10,788 bases of DNA from an uncultured bacterium (GCA_963705705.1 CAVPKK010000002.1:1-10788), one strand, 5' to 3'. Shown: positions 1 through 8,161, counted from the stretch's first letter. Program-made: numbers and translations. Notes: generated by a model from the letters alone, not told the origin.

Positions 1-1
1 C

Positions 2-271
2 ATTAGAGATTATGCGCGACGCGTTTGGAATAAGAATAAAAAAGAAGAATCTTGCGATAAAACTAAAGCCCCTTCTTGGCTGGCCCAAGCAGCTCAAGAG
101 GCAAGCAAACGAATTTTGCGCAAACGTACCCGCAGGGAATTATTATTGAAGGAGCTTGATAAGCAATCCTATTATCTCACTGGGGCAATAGGCACTTCCA
201 TACTTTCATGGTTCTTGCGCACGTATGTACCAGAAATACGAAGTGTATTGTACGTCGGAGAAAAACCATGA
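2..271 (+). CDS. 3' part of a hypothetical protein, truncated by the window edge (...IRDYARRVWNKNKKEE...YLTGAIGTSILSWFLRTYVPEIRSVLYVGEKP*)
   Basis: Manual translation of frame +2 is open from base 2 to TGA 269-271. The stop overlaps the next ATG (ATGA, 268-271), typical of translational coupling. Not in the supplied ORF track. Confidence 0.7.
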   Translation: MRDYARRVWNKNKKEESCDKTKAPSWLAQAAQEASKRILRKRTRRELLLKELDKQSYYLTGAIGTSILSWFLRTYVPEIRSVLYVGEKP

Positions 272-678
272 AAATTGCCAGGAAATTATTTGTATTTGGC
301 ATGCTTTTTACTATTGGCATGGCAAAAATTGAGGCGGTTGCCATTAAACCACTCAAGCCTAAATCAGTTAATAAAAATGTAGCGCAGCATGCAGCAAGAT
401 TTTTTGCCCATGTATCGATAGGCTTTTTTGCACTCGGACAATCAAGTTATCATTTAGGTAACTTATTATCGGGAAGTTCGTTTGAAACTCAGCTTAAGGG
501 GACCAATGCATACAGCCAAAGTCTTCGATTTGCTATTGGCATGGTTGGCACTTCCCTGCTGCTTCTCGCGGTAAGTTGCTTAGATCATTTTGGCTATTCT
601 GATTTGGGTGGCAATGCAGATGAGCTTGTTGAAACCGAAAATATCGTTGATGGTACGCCACAAGCACCAACCAATTAA
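268..678 (+). CDS. Hypothetical exported/membrane protein, 136 aa (start revised from 208 to ATG 268)
   Basis: GGAG at 257-260 precedes ATG 268, which overlaps the upstream stop. N-terminus MKIARKLFVFGMLFTIGMAKIEA looks like a signal peptide. Two further hydrophobic stretches follow. No recognisable family. Confidence 0.7.
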   Translation: MKIARKLFVFGMLFTIGMAKIEAVAIKPLKPKSVNKNVAQHAARFFAHVSIGFFALGQSSYHLGNLLSGSSFETQLKGTNAYSQSLRFAIGMVGTSLLLLAVSCLDHFGYSDLGGNADELVETENIVDGTPQAPTN

Positions 679-681
679 GAG

Positions 682-1596
682 TTAAACATGTTCAGGCTTT
701 GTATGAGCTTTTTGTTTAGCAAGCTCATCAGTTTCTGCGCGATAAAATAGATATAAGCCTACGGTAATAATTGCTCCAGAAAATAAGAGCCGGACGGTAA
801 CTTTTTCGCCCAAAAATACCCAGCCATATAATGCGGCAAAGCATGGCAAAAGCGTACCTGCAAATGAAAGCAATGTCGGACTATAGGTGCGCAATAAAAG
901 ACTATACAATACTGAGCTTGCAGCCGTACTTATAACCAATGCCGCCATCATACCGCCAAAAAAATAATCCAAAGACATATCACAACTTTCAATCCACAAA
1001 CTCAACGGAATGGCTGCCAGACCACCAAGTAATTGTGTTATCCCACTCACAAATGCCGGCGCATACCCAATACGAACCAACTGTTTTACCATGAGCCAAC
1101 CATAGGCATAGCCAGCAACAGTAAAAAATGCGGTGATTAATGGAATGATAGACATCGTGGACATTGAGCCAGCAGCTTCCATAACACATGGAATTAGCCC
1201 AATGCAGCCAATGGAAATTGCTACAATTTTTTTTACAGACAATCGTTCATTGAATAAAATATAGGCCATCAAAGCCGTGATAAATGGTACCGCATTGAAA
1301 AACATGCTGGTGATTGAAGATGGGAGTGATTGCGCAACAATAGCGCCACCACAAAAGCTGATAAAAAATCCGAACAAGCTTGCTGCAAGGAACAATCTTT
1401 TATGCCCACGGGCAATTGGCTGCCATTGTTGACGTGCATATGCCAGGCCAAAAGAGATACCTGAGCTCAATAACAACCGCACCATCACAAAGGTAAACGG
1501 CGACATTGCCCCAGCTAATATTTTGGTAAAAGTAAAACCTGAAGCGCCGATGGCATTTTGGGCAAAAATTAGATACATCGTGTGTGTAACATCCAA
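682..1596 (-). CDS. EamA/DMT-family (drug/metabolite) inner-membrane transporter
   Basis: About 300 aa with ~10 hydrophobic helices in two repeats. EamA-type motifs: SPFTFVMVRLL, PFITALMAYILFNERLS, LYGWVFLGEKV. Start uncertain (TTG 1596 or ATG 1578). Confidence 0.88.
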   Translation of the reverse strand: MDVTHTMYLIFAQNAIGASGFTFTKILAGAMSPFTFVMVRLLLSSGISFGLAYARQQWQPIARGHKRLFLAASLFGFFISFCGGAIVAQSLPSSITSMFFNAVPFITALMAYILFNERLSVKKIVAISIGCIGLIPCVMEAAGSMSTMSIIPLITAFFTVAGYAYGWLMVKQLVRIGYAPAFVSGITQLLGGLAAIPLSLWIESCDMSLDYFFGGMMAALVISTAASSVLYSLLLRTYSPTLLSFAGTLLPCFAALYGWVFLGEKVTVRLLFSGAIITVGLYLFYRAETDELAKQKAHTKPEHV

Positions 1597-1652
1597 CTAT
1601 AATTAATTGTAGGCAGTCTACACGCTATCTTGCTCGCTAACCACAGGGCATC

Positions 1653-1853
1653 TTAATATTTATTAGAACCGTGGCCTTCGCCCTTTTTAAATTTATGCCG
1701 TACGCGGGTAACCTTTTTCTTATGTACCTTCTTTTTTTTCGGCGGCACATTCGGCTCATCTTCGTAGCGATATCTATTTTCTACGAGCTTGGGGCCAACG
1801 CATCCTTTACGGCGGCGCGTGGTGATGGGCATATATTGTTTTTTGGTAGCCAT
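1653..1853 (-). CDS. Small highly basic protein, 66 aa (22 K+R)
   Basis: Strong Shine-Dalgarno on the minus strand (AAGGAGAAAAAATG). Fills the gap between co-oriented genes. Confidence 0.7.
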   Translation of the reverse strand: MATKKQYMPITTRRRKGCVGPKLVENRYRYEDEPNVPPKKKKVHKKKVTRVRHKFKKGEGHGSNKY

Positions 1854-1913
1854 TTTTTCTCCTTTTATTTACTTCAAAAAAACTATCTCTTAACCTTCCA
1901 GCCCTTAGAGGAT

Positions 1914-2011
1914 CCGTTCGTCCTGAGTGTTTTGTCCTTCGTCAGGCTCAGGATAAACTCCGCAAAATGTATCGTCCTTCGACAAGCTCAGGATGAGCGA
2001 GATACGAACGG
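1914..2011. repeat. Composite REP-like palindromic element
   Basis: Terminal inverted repeat CCGTTCGT (1914-1921) / ACGAACGG (2004-2011). Two internal direct copies, GTCCTTCGTCAGGCTCAGGAT (1934-1954) and GTCCTTCGACAAGCTCAGGAT (1974-1994). A related copy lies at 9206-9241. Confidence 0.8.
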
Positions 2012-2016
2012 CGAAA

Positions 2017-3237
2017 TTAAGCTATTTTATAATGGCTCGGGGCCGGCTGATACAACCAACAATCCTGAGCCTTAGCCAAAAAATCCTTCAGCTGCATATT
2101 AACTCGCTCTGCCAAATCTTGCCTACTCAGCACACCCTGCGCACAGCCTCGAATGCATGGTGAACCGGCAGCCTTATCAAAAAAGGCACTAAAGGTTATT
2201 TGCACATTCTTATTTTGGAAGAATTCCAACACATAAAGCAATGGTTCCACGGTTGGTAACTTATTAATGTCAGCGATACGCAATCGTAAGCCAGCATAAC
2301 GCTTTCGTTTCACATCATTAAAATAACCAAATGCAGTGCTATGGATGTCAAACTTATTTTTTAGCCCAATACTCAAGGCCACCCAATCCTTCTGGGGGAT
2401 ATTCATCGATTCTGGCAGCAAAATGCATTGAAATGCAGAACGTGTACCTACGCCAACATTAAATGGGCTTATTTCGCCGAGCAATCCTAAAAATGAATAG
2501 CCATATAACGAATGGAGTGAAGAAATATTTGGCGAGAGTGGCGCTTGTAAACTGCCTTCAACGCCTTGGCGATTGTAGTGAGCCAACGGTATAACGTGCA
2601 AAGATGCCGGTTGTGATAGCACATGCTTATTAAAATAGAGTGCCAACTCTGCCATTGTCATACCATGGCGCAATGGAATTGGCGCAATTCCTATAAATGA
2701 GATCAATCCCTGATCAACCAATGGTCCATCTACCAACCCACCAAGCGGATTTGGCCGATCGAGTACAATAACTGTCTTATTTATTTTCGTAGCTGCCTCG
2801 AGCACCCGATACATGGTAGATATGTAGGTATAATGGCGAATACCTGCATCTTGCATATCGATGAGAATTGCTTCGATATCGTTTACCTCGTCACTAAATC
2901 TGCCCCATGGATTGCCACCACCTTTATATAAGCTAATGATGGGCAATTTTGTTTTTGTATCAACGTTATCTTCGATTTTTGCTTCTGCTAATGCTTGACC
3001 ATCAAGGCCATGTTCAGGCACAAAGATTTTCTTTAACGCGTAACCTTGGCGAATCAAGGCATCAATCGTGCGCTCGCCACTCGTTGTTTTTCCTGTTTGA
3101 TTGGTCACGATTGCAATTGGCGTCTTTTTATTGATTATCTTTTTGAGCTCATACAATTGATCGGCACCATAAAATACCGGTACTTGCGCGGTCATAGCGC
3201 CACTGAGCATACAAAGTAGTAATGAAGCTGGCTGCAT
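2017..3237 (-). CDS. namZ: DUF1343 / NamZ (YbbC)-family exo-beta-N-acetylmuramidase with signal peptide
   Basis: Family motifs TNQTG, FVPEHG, DMQDAGIRHYTY, LDRPNPLGG, PLRHGMTMAELA and SPN. Hydrophobic N-terminus. Confidence 0.88.
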   Translation of the reverse strand: MQPASLLLCMLSGAMTAQVPVFYGADQLYELKKIINKKTPIAIVTNQTGKTTSGERTIDALIRQGYALKKIFVPEHGLDGQALAEAKIEDNVDTKTKLPIISLYKGGGNPWGRFSDEVNDIEAILIDMQDAGIRHYTYISTMYRVLEAATKINKTVIVLDRPNPLGGLVDGPLVDQGLISFIGIAPIPLRHGMTMAELALYFNKHVLSQPASLHVIPLAHYNRQGVEGSLQAPLSPNISSLHSLYGYSFLGLLGEISPFNVGVGTRSAFQCILLPESMNIPQKDWVALSIGLKNKFDIHSTAFGYFNDVKRKRYAGLRLRIADINKLPTVEPLLYVLEFFQNKNVQITFSAFFDKAAGSPCIRGCAQGVLSRQDLAERVNMQLKDFLAKAQDCWLYQPAPSHYKIA

Positions 3238-3337
3238 AGAAATCCTTTAACATTTTTTGTTATTCAAATAAAGTTTAGCGATCTTTATGCTTTTGCAGCA
3301 ACAATTACCGCTTCAACCTCAAGATAAGGAAGTTAAT

Positions 3338-4612
3338 ATGATGATTTTGTTGGCATTATTGTCGCTATTTATGAATTCATTGACATATGCCAGTAGCAGT
3401 ACCTGTCTCCCGCTAAATTTCGAGCGTGGGGGCAAGAAGGTATTGGCGAGTCTCAGCCTAGACGAAAAGATTGGTCAATTAATCATGATGGCAGTGCCCA
3501 TTAACGATGATGATCCTGCACTCAAAGAAAACTTACAAAAATGGCATTGGCATCCGAGTCTATGCAAAGAATATGCCCGAGAATTGATTGAAAAATATCA
3601 TATCGGCTCGGTGCTATTTATTATGAATGGCACCATTGCGACACAAATTGCCACCACTAATTATCTAAATGCGCACAATGCATCATCTTTACCCTTACTT
3701 TTTGCAGCAGACTTTGAACCAGGATTAAATTTTTCTCGTATCACGGATGCGGTTCCATTACCCCGGGCAGCAGAATGGGGTGCCGTCGGCGATGAAAAAT
3801 TATTATATGAACTTGGAAAAACTCTTGGGCACCAGGCCTACGCCATGGGAATACAGGTAGTTTTTGCGCCCGTCGTTGATATCCATAGCAACCCACAAAA
3901 TCCAGTTATTAATACGCGCGCCTTTGGTACCACACCTGAAAAAGTAATTTCCTGTGCTGTTCCATTTATGCGTGGTATGGAACGAGAAGGAGTGTTGCCT
4001 GTTATTAAGCATGCACCCGGGCATGGGAATACCAATACAGATTCACACAAAGAGTTACCAGTCATTGCTGATTCGTTAAGTGCACTTAATAATAATGAAC
4101 TTCTACCATTTAAAACGCTTATAAAGCTTGGGGCTCCGGCTGTTATGACCGGTCATCTTTTGGCGCCAGCAATTGATCGGCGATTGCCCTGCTCTCTTTC
4201 AGCCAATATGGTACAGGGGATTTTGCAAAAAGAGTTCGGTTTTAAAGGATTAGTTTTTTGCGACGCGCTGAACATGCAAGCCCTTAATGGCGTTGGAGAT
4301 AACCATGATTTAGCTATTGCTGCCTTTGCCGCCGGAACGCATCAATTAGTAGGACCATATGACGTGCCCGCCGCGTGCCAGGCGTTAAAAGAGGCAGTTA
4401 TGATAGGTGATATTTCAGAAGAAGAACTTGATGAACGAGTGGCTAAGATCATTCGCTTTAAACTTTTATTACCAATGCCAAACCAACTCGATCCGGAAAA
4501 GGTGAAAAAAGAAGTTACATCTCCTGAAATGTATGCTGCCCTTAATCGTCTGCGCGAGTTGCAAAAGGAGGCACAAAAAAAAGATGCTGAGAATGAAGAA
4601 AAGAAGAATTAA
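3338..4612 (+). CDS. nagZ: GH3 beta-N-acetylglucosaminidase (NagZ-like), single catalytic domain, with signal peptide; start revised to ATG 3338
   Basis: Motifs LSLDEKIGQL, ADFEPG, FAPVVDI, RAFG, KHAPGHG-x4-DSH (NagZ Asp-His dyad), MTGH and FKGLVFCDALNM (nucleophile Asp). AAGGAAG SD precedes ATG 3338 and a signal peptide follows. Confidence 0.88.
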   Translation: MMILLALLSLFMNSLTYASSSTCLPLNFERGGKKVLASLSLDEKIGQLIMMAVPINDDDPALKENLQKWHWHPSLCKEYARELIEKYHIGSVLFIMNGTIATQIATTNYLNAHNASSLPLLFAADFEPGLNFSRITDAVPLPRAAEWGAVGDEKLLYELGKTLGHQAYAMGIQVVFAPVVDIHSNPQNPVINTRAFGTTPEKVISCAVPFMRGMEREGVLPVIKHAPGHGNTNTDSHKELPVIADSLSALNNNELLPFKTLIKLGAPAVMTGHLLAPAIDRRLPCSLSANMVQGILQKEFGFKGLVFCDALNMQALNGVGDNHDLAIAAFAAGTHQLVGPYDVPAACQALKEAVMIGDISEEELDERVAKIIRFKLLLPMPNQLDPEKVKKEVTSPEMYAALNRLRELQKEAQKKDAENEEKKN

Positions 4613-4613
4613 A

Positions 4614-4656
4614 AACAAAAACGGCCAGAAGCACTACATGCTCCGGCCATTTTGTT
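4614..4656. terminator. Probable bidirectional intrinsic terminator between convergent nagZ and thioredoxin
   Basis: Imperfect GC stem GGCCAGAAGCA / TGCTCCGGCC, flanked by AACAAAA and TTTTGTT. Confidence 0.65.
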
Positions 4657-4672
4657 GTACTAAATGAAAGAT

Positions 4673-5161
4673 TTAGAGACCAAATGATTCTTTAACAAGT
4701 CTTTCCAACTTCTCTTTGGACATTCCGCCTAAATTCCTGTGAACAACTTGTCCGTTCTTGAAAAACAATACTTCCGGTATTGAACGTACTTGATATTGTT
4801 GTGCAGCTGCACGATTGTTGCCTTCAGTATTTATTTTCACAAACTTTACTTTGCCTACGTATGCAGGATTCTTGCTCACTTCTTCAAAAATAGGTGCTAA
4901 ATTTTTGCATGGGCCGCACCAGGGTGCATAAAAGTCTACAACAACCGGCATTTTGCTTTTCAATACTTCATCTTCAAATGAGCCACTCAGTTCCAAACCG
5001 TGCGCTGAACTTGCGGCCGGACTTTTTGCTACACTTGCAGCTGGTTCAGATTCATATTGCACATATTTATGCGATTTAGCCAAATTCATACGTGGTGTAA
5101 GCAATATTGCTATGATAATAGTGCTTACTACACCAGCTAGATTACGAACATTTTTGCTCAT
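4673..5161 (-). CDS. trxA: Thioredoxin (WCGPC) with an N-terminal hydrophobic signal/anchor and an Ala/Ser-rich linker
   Basis: PVVVDFYAPWCGPCK, KFVKIN and VRSIP (cis-Pro) motifs. SD GGAG lies 5 nt before the ATG on the minus strand. Confidence 0.9.
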   Translation of the reverse strand: MSKNVRNLAGVVSTIIIAILLTPRMNLAKSHKYVQYESEPAASVAKSPAASSAHGLELSGSFEDEVLKSKMPVVVDFYAPWCGPCKNLAPIFEEVSKNPAYVGKVKFVKINTEGNNRAAAQQYQVRSIPEVLFFKNGQVVHRNLGGMSKEKLERLVKESFGL

Positions 5162-5223
5162 GGTTACTCCTATATGATATTAAAATAGAGAAAGATACTT
5201 AATAGTTCATCCTATCTATACCA

Positions 5224-5254
5224 AGTCTACCAAACTTCAGGGTCATGTAGTCAA
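5224..5254 (-). promoter_or_regulatory. Possible sigma70-type promoter for the thioredoxin gene
   Basis: Minus strand TTGACT (5254-5249), then TGG-TAGACT extended -10 (hexamer 5229-5224). The 19-nt spacer is longer than optimal. Confidence 0.3.
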
Positions 5255-5467
5255 GGGTTTATTGCGGCCAAGCCTAATAATGTCCCATATTTTTCTTAGT
5301 ATAAGGTATTCAAAGTTGACAAATCTTAAAACAACATGATTTAAAATTTTGCTTTCCCTGCGCGCTTTTTTCAAGGTTGCTTAGACCACTACTACCTGTT
5401 AATCTGTTCTAGGTTTTTGAGAAAATTTATAAAAAAAATTCCCCCACAATTTTTTTGCCGATCGTAT

Positions 5468-5521
5468 CAGTTTTGTGTCCTTTTTCTGCACAATTTGCAG
5501 ATTCTTATTGACACAAAACTG
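5468..5521. promoter_or_regulatory. Nested inverted repeat upstream of nrdA
   Basis: Perfect 12-bp IR CAGTTTTGTGTC (5468-5479) / GACACAAAACTG (5510-5521) encloses TCTGCA-CAATT-TGCAGA (5485-5501). It overlaps a TTGACA hexamer (5508-5513). Confidence 0.5.
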
Positions 5522-5574
5522 CCCAGATTGACTCCGGTGTGGAATTGGAACGCATATAATTCTTGGGTGTTACT

Positions 5575-8076
5575 ATGCATACGCAATTAACTATTACATC
5601 TTTGGCCCCACATGAAGTTAGCATGATGGTGGTCAAACGATCTGGGCAAACTGTCCCGTTTGATATAAATAAAATACGCACAACCTTGAAGCGCGCCGGC
5701 ATGACTGATGCATATGTTGGTGCCCGCATTTCTCCTGTTTCCTTATCAGGTGATGATGTAGAAAAAGAATTATTACGAGTCATCTTCGAAAACATTAGCA
5801 CCAAAGAATTAGAACAAGCGATCATCTTAGCAGCCACTTCATTTATTGAAAAAGATCCTATTTACAACGAAGTAGCCACTCGCTTACTCTGGCAAAAATT
5901 ATACCGCGAGGTTATTGGCAAACGCATTACAAGCGAATCCCTTGAGCAAGAATACCGAAATGCATTTATCATTCAGTTGCATAAAGGTGTTAAAGCTGGT
6001 TACTTGGATAAGCGTTTACTTGAACTTGATCTTGAAAAGTTGGCCAACGCAATGGTCATCGATCGTGACAATCTGTTTGGCTATCAAGGCGCCCATACAC
6101 TGTATTCTCGTTATTTCATGAAAATAGATGGCGTACAACAAGAAATGCCACAAACCTTTTGGATGCGTATTGCCATGGGTTTATCATTGCTTGAAGAAAA
6201 TCGAGAAGAGCAAGCAATTAAATTCTATGAAGTGTTATCAACCTTACGCTATACACCATCAACGCCAACCTTATTCCATGCCGGCATGGTACACGCGCAA
6301 TTAAGCTCTTGTTATTTAACAACCATTGATGATGATCTGAGCCAGATTTTCAAATGCATGGGCGATAACGCTCAATTAGCGAAATGGGCTGGCGGTATTG
6401 GCAATGATTGGACCCCCATCCGTGCCACTGGTGCTTGGATTAAAAGTATTCATGCCACCAGCCAAGGCGTTATTCCCTATCTAAAAATTGCTAATGATAT
6501 AGTCGTTGCTATTACTCGCAGCGGCATTCGCCGTGGTGGCACCTGTGCTTATTTGGAAAGCTGGCACTTTGATATTGATGATTTTCTTGACCTTAAGCGC
6601 AATACTGGTGACGAACGACGCCGTACCCATGATATGAATACCAGCAATTGGATTCCCGATCTTTTCATGAAACGAGTATTGTCTGATGCAGAATGGACCT
6701 TATTCTCGCCGCATGAAGTTCCTGACCTGCATGATATTTATGGGAAGAAATTTGAAGAACGATATGCACAATATGAGCAAGATGCACGTGATGGCAAAAT
6801 AAAAATATTTAAAACAGTTTCAGCCAAGACATTATGGCGCAAAATGATCAGCCGATTGTTTGAAACTGGTCATCCATGGATTACATTCAAAGATCCATGC
6901 AACATACGCTCTCCGCAGGATCATGCTGGTGTAGTTCATTCATCAAACCTCTGCACAGAAATTACGCTTAATACCTCTGCTGGTGAAACAGCTGTTTGTA
7001 ATTTAGGATCAGTAAACTTAGCAAACCATGTTAAAAATGGTGCTTTGGATGAAAAATTACTAAGCGACACCATCACGCAAGCCATTCGCATGCTTGATAG
7101 CGTTATCGATCTGAACTTTTATCCAACTAAAGAAGCAAAAGACTCTAACCAGCGCCACCGTCCGATTGGCCTTGGTATCATGGGCTTCCAGGATTTACTC
7201 TTTAAATTGGATATTCCATTTTCATCGCCTAAGGCACTTGAACTGGCAGATTATTCACAAGAAGTTATTTCATATAATGCCATTTACGCATCTTCGCTTT
7301 TAGCTAAGGAAAAAGGAGCCTATCAATCCTATAAAGGTTCTAAGTGGGAGCGTGGCATTTTCCCTGTCGATACCATAGATATGTTGGAAAAAGAACGCGG
7401 AGTGCCAATTGATTGTTCGCGAACCTGCAAACTTGATTGGAAACCAGTACGCGACCATGTAAAAAAATATGGTATGCGCAATTCCAATACTATGGCCATT
7501 GCACCAACCGCAACAATTTCGACTATTGTTGGTTGCTATCCTTCCATGGAACCGATTTATAAAAATATTTACGTGAAGGCTAATGTGAGCGGTGAGTTTA
7601 CAGTAGCAAATACCTATCTCGTAGATGACTTGAAAAAGCTAGGCCTATGGACTGAAGAAATGTTGGATAAATTAAAATATTTCGATGGTGCCATAGATAG
7701 CATTGAAGAAATTCCTCAGTCTTTGAAAGAAAAGTACAAAACTGCATTTGATCTGGATCCGATTTGGTTGATCAAAATAACCGCTGCTCGCGGTAAATGG
7801 ATCGATCAATCGCAATCGCATAATGTGTTTATGCAAGGAGTATCAGGTAGTAAGTTGAATGAGATATACACAACCGCATGGCTAGCAGGCCTGAAAACGA
7901 CTTATTATCTTCGCTCACTTGGCGCAAGCCAGATTGAGAAATCGACCCTCGATGCAAAGAAGTTTGGCTATACCCAAAAAAGGGAATATGCTGCCGCACC
8001 AACACCTGAAAAAGGTCCGATTGAATTGCCGCAGGCTTGCAGCATTGAAAACCCTGACTGCGAATCGTGCCAATAG
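5575..8076 (+). CDS. nrdA: Class I ribonucleotide reductase alpha subunit with one N-terminal ATP cone
   Basis: ATP cone start VVKRSG. Catalytic motifs PSTPTLFHAG, QLSSCYL, SNLCTEI, AVCNLGS, AIAPTATIS, TTYYLR and C-terminal CESC. ATG 5575 preferred over TTG 5563. Confidence 0.97.
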   Translation: MHTQLTITSLAPHEVSMMVVKRSGQTVPFDINKIRTTLKRAGMTDAYVGARISPVSLSGDDVEKELLRVIFENISTKELEQAIILAATSFIEKDPIYNEVATRLLWQKLYREVIGKRITSESLEQEYRNAFIIQLHKGVKAGYLDKRLLELDLEKLANAMVIDRDNLFGYQGAHTLYSRYFMKIDGVQQEMPQTFWMRIAMGLSLLEENREEQAIKFYEVLSTLRYTPSTPTLFHAGMVHAQLSSCYLTTIDDDLSQIFKCMGDNAQLAKWAGGIGNDWTPIRATGAWIKSIHATSQGVIPYLKIANDIVVAITRSGIRRGGTCAYLESWHFDIDDFLDLKRNTGDERRRTHDMNTSNWIPDLFMKRVLSDAEWTLFSPHEVPDLHDIYGKKFEERYAQYEQDARDGKIKIFKTVSAKTLWRKMISRLFETGHPWITFKDPCNIRSPQDHAGVVHSSNLCTEITLNTSAGETAVCNLGSVNLANHVKNGALDEKLLSDTITQAIRMLDSVIDLNFYPTKEAKDSNQRHRPIGLGIMGFQDLLFKLDIPFSSPKALELADYSQEVISYNAIYASSLLAKEKGAYQSYKGSKWERGIFPVDTIDMLEKERGVPIDCSRTCKLDWKPVRDHVKKYGMRNSNTMAIAPTATISTIVGCYPSMEPIYKNIYVKANVSGEFTVANTYLVDDLKKLGLWTEEMLDKLKYFDGAIDSIEEIPQSLKEKYKTAFDLDPIWLIKITAARGKWIDQSQSHNVFMQGVSGSKLNEIYTTAWLAGLKTTYYLRSLGASQIEKSTLDAKKFGYTQKREYAAAPTPEKGPIELPQACSIENPDCESCQ

Positions 8077-8128
8077 CCAGCAACCTCTTGCGTTTTGCAC
8101 TAGTTAAAATTTATATACTGGAGTAAAT

Positions 8129-8161
8129 ATGGTTCCAACACCCACTAAAAAAAGAGTGTGA
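8129..8161 (+). other. 10-codon leader ORF MVPTPTKKRV* or frameshifted true N-terminus of NrdB
   Basis: GGAG (8120-8123) precedes ATG 8129. An A7 run occupies 8147-8153. Its TGA (8159-8161) overlaps the nrdB GTG (8158-8160). Confidence 0.55.

Noticed and set aside
208..267. N-terminal extension of the 156-aa ORF
   Set aside because: Overlaps the upstream coding frame. ATG 268 has the SD, the ATGA coupling and the signal peptide.
1934..1994. Two 21-nt direct repeats as a mini CRISPR array
   Set aside because: Only two units with a 19-nt spacer, no cas genes, and the same motif occurs singly at 9206-9241. It fits a REP-like element.
1671..2075. 134-aa plus-strand ORF
   Set aside because: Antisense to the SD-supported basic protein. 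It runs through the REP-like element (LRQAQDER is the translated repeat) and into namZ.
5162..5574. NrdR boxes, cobalamin riboswitch, or a canonical sigma70 promoter for nrdA
   Set aside because: No good match to the acaCwAtATaTwGtg palindrome or a B12 box. TTGACA (5316, 5508), TTGACT (5528) and TATAAT (5555) are not at 16-18-nt spacing.
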